A stretch of DNA of 64,000 nt from Octopus sinensis (lineage: Eukaryota), in the NCBI RefSeq assembly GCF_006345805.1, contig NC_043021.1, positions 3,968,001 to 4,032,000 on the forward strand. Reading direction: 5' to 3'. Shown in pieces: positions 25,358 through 37,822 of the stretch. The notes under the pieces are model-generated. The model made no database searches and was not told the origin of the DNA. It saw nothing but the letters and a program-made list of their open reading frames with translations. The translations under genes were made by a program, and so were the position numbers. The number at the start of each line of letters is the position of its first letter. Within the stretch, counting starts at the first letter, position 1.

Positions 25358-26699
25358 AATAGAAAGATTTGTACAAAATGTAGTAAATTACTAAGAATAT
25401 TGCTCAGAAGTGTACAAAATCTTATATATATATATATATATATACACCCACACACACAAAGGTTAAGTACGTCAACCATTCATGGAAGAATGGTATGTTT
25501 AGCAATAGGCAGCAAATATACAATATCTGTGTTTAACATACGTGATTACAATCTGTGTAATTGAGAAACAAACCCTGGTATTTAGTAGCACTAACCTGCA
25601 CTCATTTACATTGGTTCTATGGATGCTCTCCGATACAAATAAAAAAAATCCCCTCTGTCTACAGAGAACATTGTTCTTTGTGTGAATGGAGAAAAACAAT
25701 AAACAAATAAATAAAAAAAAAATAAAGTGTTTTTTTTTTTTTTTGTTCACCTGTGTATCTTTCGATGGAAGTTATAAATTCAGCCATCTGTGCACAGTAG
25801 TTAGTGCATGTCTTTACACTCGGATGACCTTTCTATAATACGAGCCCTTTCAATTGTGAATTGAGAGTAGCACTCATTTTCAGTTACGCAAACAAGAAAA
25901 ACATGCAAAATGCTTCAGGCAAATATATTAAATGTCTAAAATAAAGCAAAAAAAAAAAAAAACAAAAAAAAATCCTTTATATTGTCTTTGCCATTTTTTC
26001 TTTTCTTTTTTTTTTTCCATATTTTCCCATGTGCACAGACACACATGCATGCAACTGTAGTACAAAGTAAATATATAAATTATTGATAATTTAAACAATA
26101 TCGGCCTCGTGGAGAAACCACGCACTACATATTTGATATTCAGAATAACTAAGAAACAAAAATGTACACACATCCATAGCAGAAAAAAAAAAAAAAAAAG
26201 AATGCATAAAACAAAATAAAAAAAAGGAGAAACATAAGACAGATATTGTTCTGATGAGAAAGAGAGAGAAAGAGAGGCTTGTCGTCAGAATCTGAAGGAG
26301 ATAAGCAGATGGTGAAATAATGGTACCATAAAGAACAACCACTTGAGGAATAGAGGCATAGAAACACGACAGCTAAATGTCGTTTTACTTAGTTATAAGA
26401 GGAGTTAGTAAGTTCATGTTATATAGATATTGAATGGTTAAGAAGTTCGCTTTGCAACCAAGCAGTGCTAGGTTCAATTCCATTGCAAGGTTTCGTGCAC
26501 AGGTATCTTTTACTAAATTCTTGTGCTGACCAAAACTTTGTGAGTGAAATTGGGTCGACACACTTTGTGGAAGCCTACTGGATGGATGTCAAAGGTCCAG
26601 CTTTACTGATTCTATCCAAGAATTAAAATCACATATGTCTGTGGAGTATTCAGCCATTTCTACATGAATTCACGGGACAGATAATTCAACTAGCCAAAC

Positions 26700-27151
26700 A
26701 ACTGAATGGTAAGCATTGAAGGGGTAGACCCAGGAAGACGTGGGACAAAATGTTGTGAAAGAATCAACAAACATTGGGACTTACAGTGGGGATGCCAGAG
26801 GAATGAGGTGCCTGGTGGTTTGCTGTGCTTGAAAAGACACGTCCAGCTAAGTAAAAGTATGGCTGTCCTTGCATACAGGCTTGTACCTTGCAACCCTCTC
26901 CAACTGAGCATTCCTAACCGTGTGGGCTCATGGGTGCTGGTACCATGTAAAAAGTACCCATACTGGTGCCGGGTAAATGTACCCATACCAGTACTGTGTA
27001 AAAGTGCCAAGTACACTCTGTAAAGTGGTTGGTGTTAAGGGCATCCAGTCACAGAAACCATGCCAAAACAGAAATGGAGCCTGGCCAGCTATTCTCAAAC
27101 TGTTCAACCCATGCCAGCATGGAAAATGGAAATTAATGATGATGATGATGA
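26700..27151 (+). mobile_element. RTE ORF end plus 3' UTR, degenerate
   Basis: GRPRKTW and FAVLEKTRPAK* in translation; (GAT)n tail. Confidence 0.75.
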
Positions 27152-27633
27152 AACAGAAGTTCATTTACTTTTACTAGTTGAGCAATTGATCTGGCAACCA
27201 CACTCTGGAGTTATCTCTGTGATTTAAAAAATACTGGTCTCTTTGTAAAGTTTCTCTAAGACAAAATATTACATTGCACACCTTTCTACATTTGTATCAT
27301 GATCATCATCATTATCATCACCTCAACATATCATCATCATCATCATTACTTCAACATCTATTTTTCCATGCTTGCAAGTGTGTGTGTATGTGTGTGCATG
27401 GGTTAGTGGTTAGGGTGTTGAACTCATGGTTGCTAGATCAGGATTTCAATTCCTGGACTGGGGCTGGGTGATGCATTGTATTCTAGAGCAAAACACTCTC
27501 TCATGTTGCTCTGCGATCAATTCGACACCCAGTGCATGGCACACTTGTGGACCTGTTCAGGCAATGTTGGTTTGATGGAGTGATTGAGCTAATGTGCGGC
27601 ATGAACATTTCATCATTATAAACAAGTCATTTG

Positions 27634-28365
27634 TGTAGGTTTCTCCTTTCCCAAACCCACTGTCTTTGACACTTAACATTTTTACAGAGAACCCATTTCT
27701 TGTCATCAGTCACAATTCGGTCCAAAAATGGTTCATTCATGAGATGTGACAGCAAAAAAGAACACACATTCTTTCTCTGCTCCTGATTAGACTTGGAAAT
27801 TTGTGAGGAACCCATTGATCAATTTGCTGATTTTTCTGATGGCAAGCAGGTGTCAATGAACGGTTGAATGACCAAAATCGAAGCTTCTCTGCTGGTTCCT
27901 CAACAGTTATGATGGGATTTTGTTCCACCAGGCTTTGCAGGATGTCCTTGTTGAGCTCTACAGATCTCAAAAGATGAGGCTGATCTTCTAGGCTGTAGTT
28001 TCTAGCTAGGAATTTATGGAACCACTGTTGACACTGGTTTACATTTATTGTCCAATCCCCATATATCACTTCCCATTTAAACTGCGCCAGCCTTTCGAAC
28101 GTCATACTCACTGCATGCATTTTTGTCTTTATTGAACTCATAAAGCAAAATATGCTGAATATGCTCCTTTGTCACTTCCATCATATCTTTGAAAGAATAA
28201 CTGTTAAAATCAAACTGCACTCTTGAAAACTTGCACCAAGAAAAAGCACAAGGTAAAAACTATAACCTGCTTTTATAGCAAGTTGATGCAGGGAGTTTAT
28301 CCCATCCCCCTCCGACTTTTAGTTCATACATCTGAAAAAACAGCATTATTTATGGGATGACCATG
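27634..28365 (-). mobile_element. Mariner 5' half, same family as 20002-21291
   Basis: TIR gcattatttatgggatgacc; QWVPHKF and DRIVTDDKKWVL; truncated. Confidence 0.9.
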
Positions 28366-28644
28366 TATATATATATATATCATCATCATCATTTAACGTC
28401 CGTTTTCCGCACTAGCACGGGTTGGACGGATATATATATATATATGAGTGTCTGTGTTTGTCCCCTCCACACCGCTTGACAACTGGTGTTGGTATATTTA
28501 TGTCTGCGTAACTTAGCAACTCAGCAAAAGTGACTGATAGAACAAGTACTGGGGGTTGATACATTCCACTAAAAATTTCTTCGAGGTGGTGCCCCAGTAT
28601 GACTGCAGTCTGTTGAATGAAACAACTAAAAAAAAAAAAAGGAC

Positions 28645-28797
28645 AGATGCAGGAGTGGCAGTGTGGTAAGAAGTTTGCTCCTCTACCACAAGATTCTGGG
28701 TTCAGTCCCATTGACAAGTATCTTGGGCACATGTCTTCTACTGTAACCTTGAGCCAACCAGGTGGATTTAGTAGAGAGAAACTGAAGGAAGCCTATA

Positions 28798-28800
<3 letters not shown>
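28645..28800 (+). mobile_element. SINE-B head half
   Basis: caggagtggcagtgtggtaagaag...gggttcagtccca...aactgaaggaagcc. Confidence 0.75.
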
Positions 28801-28829
<29 letters not shown>

Positions 28830-28830
28830 T

Positions 28831-29212
28831 TTTTTTACTTGTTTCAGTCATGTGGCTGTGGCCATGCTGGAGCACCGCCTTTAGTCGATCAAATCGACCC
28901 CAGTACTTATTTTATCGGTCTCTTTTTGCCAAACCGCCAAGTTACGGGGATGTATACACACCAGCATCGGTTGTCAAGCGATGTTGGGGGGACAAACACA
29001 GACACACAAACACGCACATACACACATATATATATATATATATACATATATACGACGGGCTTCTTTCAGTTTCCGTCTACCAAATCCACTCACAAGGCTT
29101 TGGTCGGCCTGAGGATATAGTAGAAGACACTTGCCCAAGGTTCTTTGCAGTGGGACTGAACACGGAACCATGTGGTTCGTAAGCAAGCTACTTACCACAC
29201 AGCCACTCCTGT
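28831..29212 (-). mobile_element. SINE-B full length
   Basis: Both halves with the central (CA)/(TA) tract. Confidence 0.9.
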
Positions 29213-29984
29213 ATATATACACATACATAAACATGCAGACACACAAACACAGATACTTGAAATCAGTGACAAACACTATCATCTCTCAATAAGTTAAAAA
29301 AAAAAAATTGAAGCAACATCCATGTGCAAAACCCTAAGGTGAGGGATGGGGGTTGATGGTGGTGGTGGGGGTTAAACATGTATCCCACATACAGGCTCCT
29401 CTGCTTTTGATGAAGCACTTTGTGAAAAAAAAAAAGCAGCTCATATGATTTGATGCAATGTATACTCAAAGCAGAAGCGGTTGCAAACGATTATATGAGA
29501 AAAGGGGGGGAAATTAACTGTTGATTTACCGACTTTGGTAATATTATTCCGAATGGAAAAAGGAGCCTCACATCAAAATGCAGATTCAGTGATACTGATG
29601 ACATTTAGTTATTGAAATTTCAAAAAGGGTAAAAAAAAAAAAAAAAAGGTGGATGACATTTGATAATTAATATATTTTTTAATGGTGGAGTAGTCAGTGA
29701 TTGTTGCTGTTAATGTGATAGCGCTGGTGGTGGCGGTGGTGCTGGGTAGTGGTTAGGGATGATGCGAGGGTGTTGGAAGGAAGCGATGTAATGACGAACA
29801 TCAATGTATATATGAATACACGAGCTATTTATTCCAATTAATAAATGAGCGTGTAGGATGTGAAGTTATTATACCACAATGAAGGAGAACGCTCGGAAAA
29901 AGTAAAATGTATCATCCATGTTCAGGTAATTAGCAAACAGGTCATGCAGGACGTTTACAATGTTCATCAGCTAATGACTTGTGC

Positions 29985-29987
29985 TAT

Positions 29988-30056
<69 letters not shown>

Positions 30057-30166
30057 AATATATATATATATGTATATATATTCATATATATAAAAATATA
30101 TATATGTATATATAATACACACATATACATATATATATATATATACATATATATATAGATATATAT

Positions 30167-30200
<34 letters not shown>

Positions 30201-30257
30201 AAGAGATATACATAGATATATAAATATGTATATATAGATATAAATATACATATATAG

Positions 30258-30288
<31 letters not shown>

Positions 30289-30400
30289 GATATATAAATA
30301 TACATACATAGATATAAACATAAATATATATATATAATATACATATATAGATATAAATATAAAAATATATATATATATACATACACAAACATATATATAT

Positions 30401-30451
<51 letters not shown>

Positions 30452-30495
30452 TATATATGTATCCATATATATACATCCAAATATATACATATATG
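29985..30495. repeat. Large (TA)n compound tract
   Basis: Direct reading. Confidence 0.95.
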
Positions 30496-30707
30496 TTTTC
30501 AAAATATGACCACATGTGAATTGTTGGCGATTGTCTTCCTTCGTTTTCCTTTCTATTTAACTTTGCGCAGTTTCCGAAGAAGAGTGTTGCTCGTAACGTT
30601 AGACCATCTTTCTTTCCTTCCCTGAGTGTCTGCCAATAATTTACATGAACTACGTCATTGCGTTGTTGCTTTTTTTTGTGTTTGTTCATTTTCTTTTTTT
30701 GTATTTA

Positions 30708-30712
<5 letters not shown>
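30495..30712 (+). mobile_element. Second copy of the short hammerhead-bearing repeat
   Basis: Inverted homolog of 24442-24650; (TA)n on both sides. Confidence 0.65.
30570..30604 (+). ncRNA. Decayed minimal type-I hammerhead ribozyme motif
   Basis: gttt-ccgaaga-a-gag-tgttg-ctc-gtaa-cg-tt-agac; one change in CUGANGA and one in GAAA. Confidence 0.55.
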
Positions 30713-30737
<25 letters not shown>

Positions 30738-30738
<1 letters not shown>

Positions 30739-31066
30739 CATCATCATCATCATCGTTTAGCATCCGCTTTCCATGCTAGCATGGGTTGGACGGTTCAACT
30801 GGGGTCTGCGAAGCCGGAATGCTGCACCAGACCCAGTCTGATCTGGCAATGTTTCTACGGCTGGATGCCCTTCCTAACGCCAACCACTCCGTGAGTGTAG
30901 TGGGTGCTTTTTACGTGCCACCGGCACAGGGGCCAGATGAGGCTGGCAAATGGCCACAATCGGATGGTGCTTTTTACGTGCCACCGGCACAGGTGCCAGA
31001 CAAGGCTGGCAAACAGCCACGATCAGATGGTGCTTTTTATGTGCCACTGGCACGGAGGCCAGTGGC
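30738..31066 (-). mobile_element. RTE 3' UTR/tail with three subterminal repeats of about 62 bp
   Basis: (CAT)n then cgtttagcatccgctttccatgctagc; ggtgctttttacgtgccac x3. Confidence 0.85.
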
Positions 31067-31097
31067 ATATATATATATACACACACCCCCATTACTC

Positions 31098-31312
31098 TCT
31101 TACTCTGATTCTTGTTTCAGTCATTTGAGTGTGGCAAGGCTGGAGTACCACAATTTAGTTGAAGAAATTGATCCCTGGATTCATTCTTTGTAAGCCTGGT
31201 GCTTATTCTGTTGATATCTACAGCTGAACTGCTAAGTTACGAGCACGTAAACACACCAACCCGGAACCATGTGTTTCAGAAGCAAGCTTCTTAGCACACA
31301 GCCACGCCCATA
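31098..31312 (-). mobile_element. SINE-B, internally deleted
   Basis: cttgtttcagtcatttgag...ccggaaccatgtg...cacacagccacgcc. Confidence 0.7.
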
Positions 31313-31393
31313 CCTCTTTCTCTCTCTCCCTCTCCCCCTCTCTCTATATATATATACATACACACACACACATATGTATATACATATAAATCT

Positions 31394-31796
31394 AGGCGCA
31401 GGAGTGGCTGTGTGGTAAGTAGGATGCTTACCAACCACATGGTTCCGGGTTCAGTCCCACTGCGTGGCACCTTGGGCAAGTGTCTTCTGGTATAGCCTTG
31501 GGCCGACCAAAGCCTTGTGAGTAGATTTGGTAGACGGAAACTGAAAGAAGCCCGTTGTATATATGTATATATATATATGTGTGTGCGTGTGTGTTTGTGT
31601 GTCTGTGTTTGTCCCCCTAGCATTGCTTGACAACCGATGCTGGTGTGTTTATGTCCCCGTCACTTAGCAGTTCGGGAAAAGAGACCGATAGAATAAGTAC
31701 TGGGCTTACAAAGAATAAGTCCCAGGGTCGAGTTGCTCGACTAATGGCGGTGCTCCAGCATGGCCGCAGTCAAATGACTGAAACAAGTAAAAGAGT
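31394..31796 (+). mobile_element. SINE-B full length
   Basis: aggcgcaggagtggctgtgtggtaag head, internal (TA)/(TG), end gaaacaagtaaaagagt. Confidence 0.95.
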
Positions 31797-31822
31797 ATAT
31801 ATATATACATCTATACATAAAC

Positions 31823-31860
<38 letters not shown>

Positions 31861-31861
31861 C

Positions 31862-31899
<38 letters not shown>

Positions 31900-32199
31900 C
31901 GTACACATATATATATACACATATATTGTATTTATACATATACATATGGACCAGGTGATGCATTGTGTTCTTCAATGTGGACTGGAGAATGTGTTGTTTT
32001 TCTTGAGCAAAGCACATCATGTCATGTTTTCCCAGTCCACTCAGCTGGCAAAAATGAGTAATCCTGTGAGGGACTGGCATCCCATCCAGGGTGTGAATAT
32101 ATTCACCATGGAAACTGGGACTTAATGAGGTCTATATGACTTGGGAAGTGTCTTTAACCGCTAAGTTATGGGGACGAAAATGCACCACCACTGGTTATC

Positions 32200-32560
32200 A
32201 GGCAGACACACACACGCACAAACACACACCTGCACAAACACACGCACGCAGAAACACCTGCACGCACAAACACACACACGCACAAACACCTGCACACACA
32301 AACACACAGAGGCATGCACAAACACACGCATGCACAAACACACACACGCACAAACACACATGCACAAATACACACACAAACACACGCACGCACAAACACA
32401 CACACAAACACACGCACGTACAAACACACACATGCATCCACAAACACACGCATGCACAAGCACACGCATGCACAAACACACACAATCATGCACAAACACA
32501 CATGCACAAATACACAAACACACGCATGCACAAACAAACACACACACACACTCACACATG
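32200..32560. repeat. CA-rich minisatellite (gcacaaacacac-like units)
   Basis: Direct reading; lies at the central-tract position of the SINE-B head at 32565-32722 (-). Confidence 0.9.
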
Positions 32561-34257
32561 CATACCTGATGGGCTTCTTTCAGTCTCCATCTACCAAATC
32601 CACACAAGACTTTGTTTGGCCTGAGGTTACTGTAGAAGACACTTGCCCAGGGTGCCACATAGCGGAACTGAACCTGGGACCATGTGGTTGAGAAGCAAAC
32701 TTCTTACCACATAGCCATGCCATGCCCCTAGTTTAATGATACGTCATGAATCATGATTTCTTGTCTTTCCTCCAGAGACTATAGAGAAGGACACATTGGA
32801 TTATGTAGTTCAAGATATACTATGCCTGAAAAAAAAAAATCAGGATGGTTGTGGCTGGTATGTCTTTGGCATATGGCAGCAGCTCAACCAGGGTTGACCT
32901 ATGGTTAAACATCAAAACCAATAGCATAATGAAATAAATTTAAATAATACTTACTCTTTGGTCTGGGGGTTCAACAAGGATAGATTCTTGAGAAAGACTG
33001 CTTTTATCTGGAAACAGAGAAATAAAAAACCATTGATGGAGATCTTAAAGAATGATGATGATGATGTCAAAATGAATACAGACGCCTAAACATGCACACA
33101 CAAAATGGGCTTCTATATAGTTTCCATCTACTCATTTCACTCACAAGGCTTTTGGTCAATCCAAGGACATAGGAGATGCCCATGCCTGACTGTGGAACTG
33201 AACCTGAAACCTATTGGTTTATATATAAACATTTTAACCACATAGCCATGCTGGTATAAGAAATACAAAACACAAAAATGGCTATTTTATTCATTTAAAG
33301 TTTAAGCAAGTTGTGCTAATATTGGAAGTCACAGAATTTCAATTCTTAAGTTTTTGTTATAGAGTAGCCTTGCTCAACTACTCTTCTTTAATCAGAGTTC
33401 TGACCATTCTCAGAGTGGAACAAGCTATTTTAAGATTTAAAACTAAATACATTTTAAAGCTGAGATTTTTAACAGCAACAGAGAACAGATCAGTCATTTC
33501 ATAGAAGCCCACACTTTTGGTTGACAACAGAGGAGCTCACTTCTTGGTTTTATACTCAAATGTCAGCTAAATGATTAGAATAGGGTACAATAGGAGAGAG
33601 AGCGAGCAAGAGAGAGAGAGAGAATATTTTAGTTGAACATTTGGATTTTTAAAATATGTTTTGCCTCTTGTCTTTTTCTTCGAATTCAGAGGAGGAGACA
33701 AGAGAAGTAGTTTTTGAAAATTAGAAAAAAGATTTGCTTGAAAATGAAATAAATCAACCACATTTCAACTGCACACAATCTTAATCCATTCATTAATGCC
33801 ATTTAATGAATGTTTGTCAAAAATACAGTTAAACACAAAAAAAAAAAAAAAGCAGTAAGGAGGAACAGGTTTAAGATTGACTGAACAATAATACTCAATG
33901 GTTATTTAACAAATTTAATCTTGTCCAATGAAGACAAAAACACCAATAATTATATAACACTGGGTTTTATTTGAGAATCTTTTTTTAAATTTAAAAAAAA
34001 GGAGAGAAAATGTCAAAAAAAATTGCTGAAGGAAAAATAAAATTTCATTGTTTTATCATTGTTTTTGCTTTGCTGTCGATAATTTAATTTTTAAATTGAC
34101 AGGATTTGTTTAATGAATAAAATTTAATTATAATAAAAAAATCAAATTGTATAAGGCGGTTTATTGGTTATTTTTTTTAACCAGTATTTAATGTATGGTC
34201 TTAGGAAATTTTCAGTGAATCCTATTTAAAAAAAATAAAAAATATGTAAAATAATTC

Positions 34258-34394
34258 TTTCTACTATAGGTACAAGGCCTGAAATTTCTGTGGATTACAT
34301 CAGCCCCAGTGCTCAACTGATATTTTATTTTATTAACTCTGAAAGGATGAAAGGCAAAGTCAACCTTGGCAACATTTGAACTCAGAACACAAAG
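34258..34394 (-). mobile_element. SINE-A (tail 2), degenerate
   Basis: ttctactataggtacaaggcctgaaattt...aaaggatgaaaggcaaagtc. Confidence 0.75.
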
Positions 34395-34427
34395 CGATGA
34401 TAACTATGGCACTCTTCTATTTATTTC

Positions 34428-34474
<47 letters not shown>

Positions 34475-34514
34475 GATTTAAAAAAAAAAATGAATGAACT
34501 AGTGAGTTTAGTTT

Positions 34515-34636
34515 AATGGCCTACCAATGTATACTATGAGTTTCTTTGCCCTAGGAGTCGGGAAGACACTCGGCAAGAAATGGAAGCAAATTTGAAAGAA
34601 GAAGAAAAAAAGATAACAATAATAATAATAATAATA

Positions 34637-34640
<4 letters not shown>
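34515..34640 (+). mobile_element. Probable 3' UTR of the R4/Dong-like element, between (AAT)n tracts
   Basis: gagtttctttgccctagg...aagacactcggcaagaaat matches 56085-56145. Confidence 0.5.
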
Positions 34641-34668
<28 letters not shown>

Positions 34669-34732
34669 GGTGATGATGATTACTAACAAATGGTTACTAC
34701 CTGAAAAACTAATGAGGTTGTAGTGATCCATA

Positions 34733-35136
34733 GCTCGATCTGTAGAAAAGGCATTGGTAGAAACTCTATAAGATGTACGCAGTGTAAGCTATGGACACTT
34801 AAGAAGTGCAGCAATATCAAAGGAAGGCTAACTGGGAGGATAGAGCAATAAACACTGAAAATTTGCAGAGAACAACTTCTGCCACATTCCAGGGAGGAAA
34901 ACTAGAAGTAGTTGATAGCTTCCGTTACCTAGGAGACCAAGTCAGTAGCAGGGGAGGGTGCGCTGAAAGTGTTGCTGCTAGAATAAGAATAGCCTGGGCA
35001 AAGTTCAGAGAGCTCTTACCTCTGCTGGTGACAAAGGGCCTCTTGCTCAGAGTAAAAGGTAGATTATATGACTCATGTGTACGAACAGCCATGCTACATG
35101 GCAGTGAAACATGGGCCGTGACTGCTGAGGACATGC
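34733..35136 (+). mobile_element. RTE ORF C-terminal fragment
   Basis: CRKGIGRNSIRCTQCKLW; FRYLGD; RVKGRLYDSCVRTAMLHGSETW. Confidence 0.9.
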
Positions 35137-35890
35137 GTTTAACGTCTGCTTTCCATGCTACCATGGGTTGGACGATTTGACTGAGGACAGGCGAACCAGA
35201 TGGCTGCACCAGGCTCCAATCTGATCTGGCAGGGTTTCTACAGCTGGATGCCCTTCCTAATGCCAACCACTCTGAGAGTGTAGTGGGTGTTTTCACATGC
35301 CACCGGCATGAGGGCCAGTCAGGTGATACTGGCAATGGCCACACTCAAGTGGTGTTTTTTATGTGCCACCTGCACAGGAGCCAATCCAGTGGCACTGACA
35401 ACAACCTCGCTCGAATGTTTTTCACGTGCCACCAGCACAAGTGCCAGTAAGGCAAAGCTGGTAATGATCACGTTTGAATGGTGCCTTTTACGTGACATGC
35501 ATATACAGCTGTCTTCACTCATACGCATCACATGTCCAAACCAACACATTCTCCTCTCCTGCATACCACATTTAATCCCTCCTGTGCCTAACTTTACCCT
35601 CAACACAGTTGTGCTCTGTCGGTCATGCATACTGATGTTGCAAATCCAAACGGAGCACACTACCTTCTTTCTTCTCCGGCCGATGCATGTCCTCCACAGC
35701 CAGAGCTCATGTCTCACTACCATGTAACATAGTTGTTCTCACACAAGCATCATACAACCTACCTTTCACTCTGAGACAGAGACAGAGAGAGAGAGTCCTT
35801 TTGCTGCCATCAGTACTAGTAGTTCTCTGAACTTCCTCCATCCTATTCTTATTCTAGAAACAATACTTTCAGAGCATCTACCACCATTAC
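35137..35890 (-). mobile_element. RTE ORF end plus 3' UTR, opposite orientation
   Basis: SRIRIGWRKFRELL; WFGHVMRM; RTE tail ends at the junction with the plus-strand copy. Confidence 0.88.
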
Positions 35891-36461
35891 TATACACACA
35901 CACACACACACAAATAAACATCCATGTATAAATACCGTTATATACACACATTTCCTTATCTTCTCCATTCTACTAACAATTGTTTTAATAATCTCAAATG
36001 GCTCTAAATATACAGGAAGAAAACAAACCAAGCAAAAAAACCAAAAAACAAAATACAAAATGTATATAAAATGCCTAACAAAAAATAGCATAATAGATAA
36101 AAAAAATTATGAGGGGGAAAAAATCAAACTGCAAAGAAAACCATAAAAAGGAAAAAAAATATTAAGTAAAACACAAAACAAAACGTAAACTAAATGAAAA
36201 CATTAACAGATCAATAACAACAGGAACAAGATTGAAAAACAGCAAAAAACCAGCTAAATTACAGCCATAACAGTATGTCTCGTAGAATCAAGAAAGAAAT
36301 CAAGGTCTTAGAATTTAGAGGAAATCAATTCCAGATTCTTTCTCTCCAGCTGTTTAAGAAACGGCAAATGAAAAAGAAGCATGTTACTGCTTTTATTTGT
36401 TGTTGTTGTTGCTGCTGTTGTTTTGTTGTCGTGGTGTTGTAGTGAGTAAACATTATGAATC

Positions 36462-37036
36462 GGCGAACTGGCAGAAACGTTAGCATGCCGGGCGAAATGC
36501 GTAGCCGTATTTCGTCTGCCGTTACGTTCTGAGTTCAAATTCGGCCGAGGTCGACTTTGCCTTTCATCCTTTCGGGGTCGATAAATTAAGTACCAGTTAC
36601 ACACTGGGGTCGATGTAATCGACTTAATACCTATGTCTGTCCTTGTTTGTCCCCTCTGTGTTTAGCCCCTTGTGGGTAGTAAAGAAATAGGTATTTCGTC
36701 TGCCGTTACGTTCTGAATTCAAATTCGGCCAAGGTCGACTTTGCCTTTCATCCTTTCGGGGTCGATAAATTAAGTACCAGTTACGCACTGGGGTCGATGT
36801 AATCGACTTAATACCTATGTCTGTCCTTGTTTGTCCCCTCTGTGTTTAGCCCCTTGTGGGTAGTAAAGAAATAGGTATTTCGTCTGCTGTTACGTTCTGA
36901 GTTCAAATTCCGCTAGGTTGACTTTGCCTTTCATCCTTTCAGGGTCGATAAATTAAGTACCAGTTACGCACTGGGGTCGATATCTGTCCTTGTTTGTCCC
37001 CTCTGTGTTTAGCCCCTTGTGGGTAGTAAAGAAATA
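36462..37036 (+). mobile_element. SINE-A trimer with one outer TSD
   Basis: Units restart at gtatttcgtc (36691, 36875); attatgaatc at 36452 and 37037. Confidence 0.95.
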
Positions 37037-37496
37037 ATTATGAATCGCTTCTGTTTTAATTTCATTCATGTGGAGGCAATCTGCAGGCCAGACGAGGCAT
37101 TGTAGTAGCTCCCCACTGGCACCGGGTGGCTGGACACACGATTAAGGGAGATCTCCAGAGGCTTGACATCATCACTTGGAGGATGCAAAGCAGATGGCAA
37201 GAGGACACTGATGGTCAACAATGAGAAAGCACAGGTGAACCTGACTGGCTCTACATGTGGGGACCACTAACCTGGGATAATATTATAATAATTATAATGA
37301 AATTATTGTATACAGTGCTCAGGTGCACTACAACAAAAGACAAAGTTGACGTCAGTGGAATTTGAACTCGGAAGGTAGCAACGGCCGAAATACCACCTAG
37401 CGTTTTGCCTGGCGTGCTAACGATTCTGCCAGCTTGCCAACTTAACCCCAGCCTCATCAAGCAAAAGCACAAAGCAAGCAAACAAGCATGTAAACG

Positions 37497-37822
37497 AATG
37501 TGGCCAAGTGTTTATGGTATCTGGCTCATGACCAGAAGGTCAGGAGTTCAATACCTGGTGGTGGTGTGTTGTGTCCTTGAGCAAGACACTTTATTTCATG
37601 TTGCTCCAGTCCATTCAGATGGCAAAAATGAATAGTACCTGTAATTCAAAAGGGTCAGCCTAGTCCAATTCAGAATCATGCTGAATCTCCCCACTGAGAA
37701 CTACATTAATGGTATGTGTGTCTGTGGAGTACTCAGCCACATGTATATTAATTTCACAAGCAGGCTATATTTTCTTGACCAGATCACCTGGAACCCTCAC
37801 TGACATAACCAACAGTGTCATT
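37497..37822 (+). mobile_element. SINE-D2, degenerate
   Basis: gtccttgagcaagacacttt...gtacctgtaattcaaaaggg. Confidence 0.75.
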
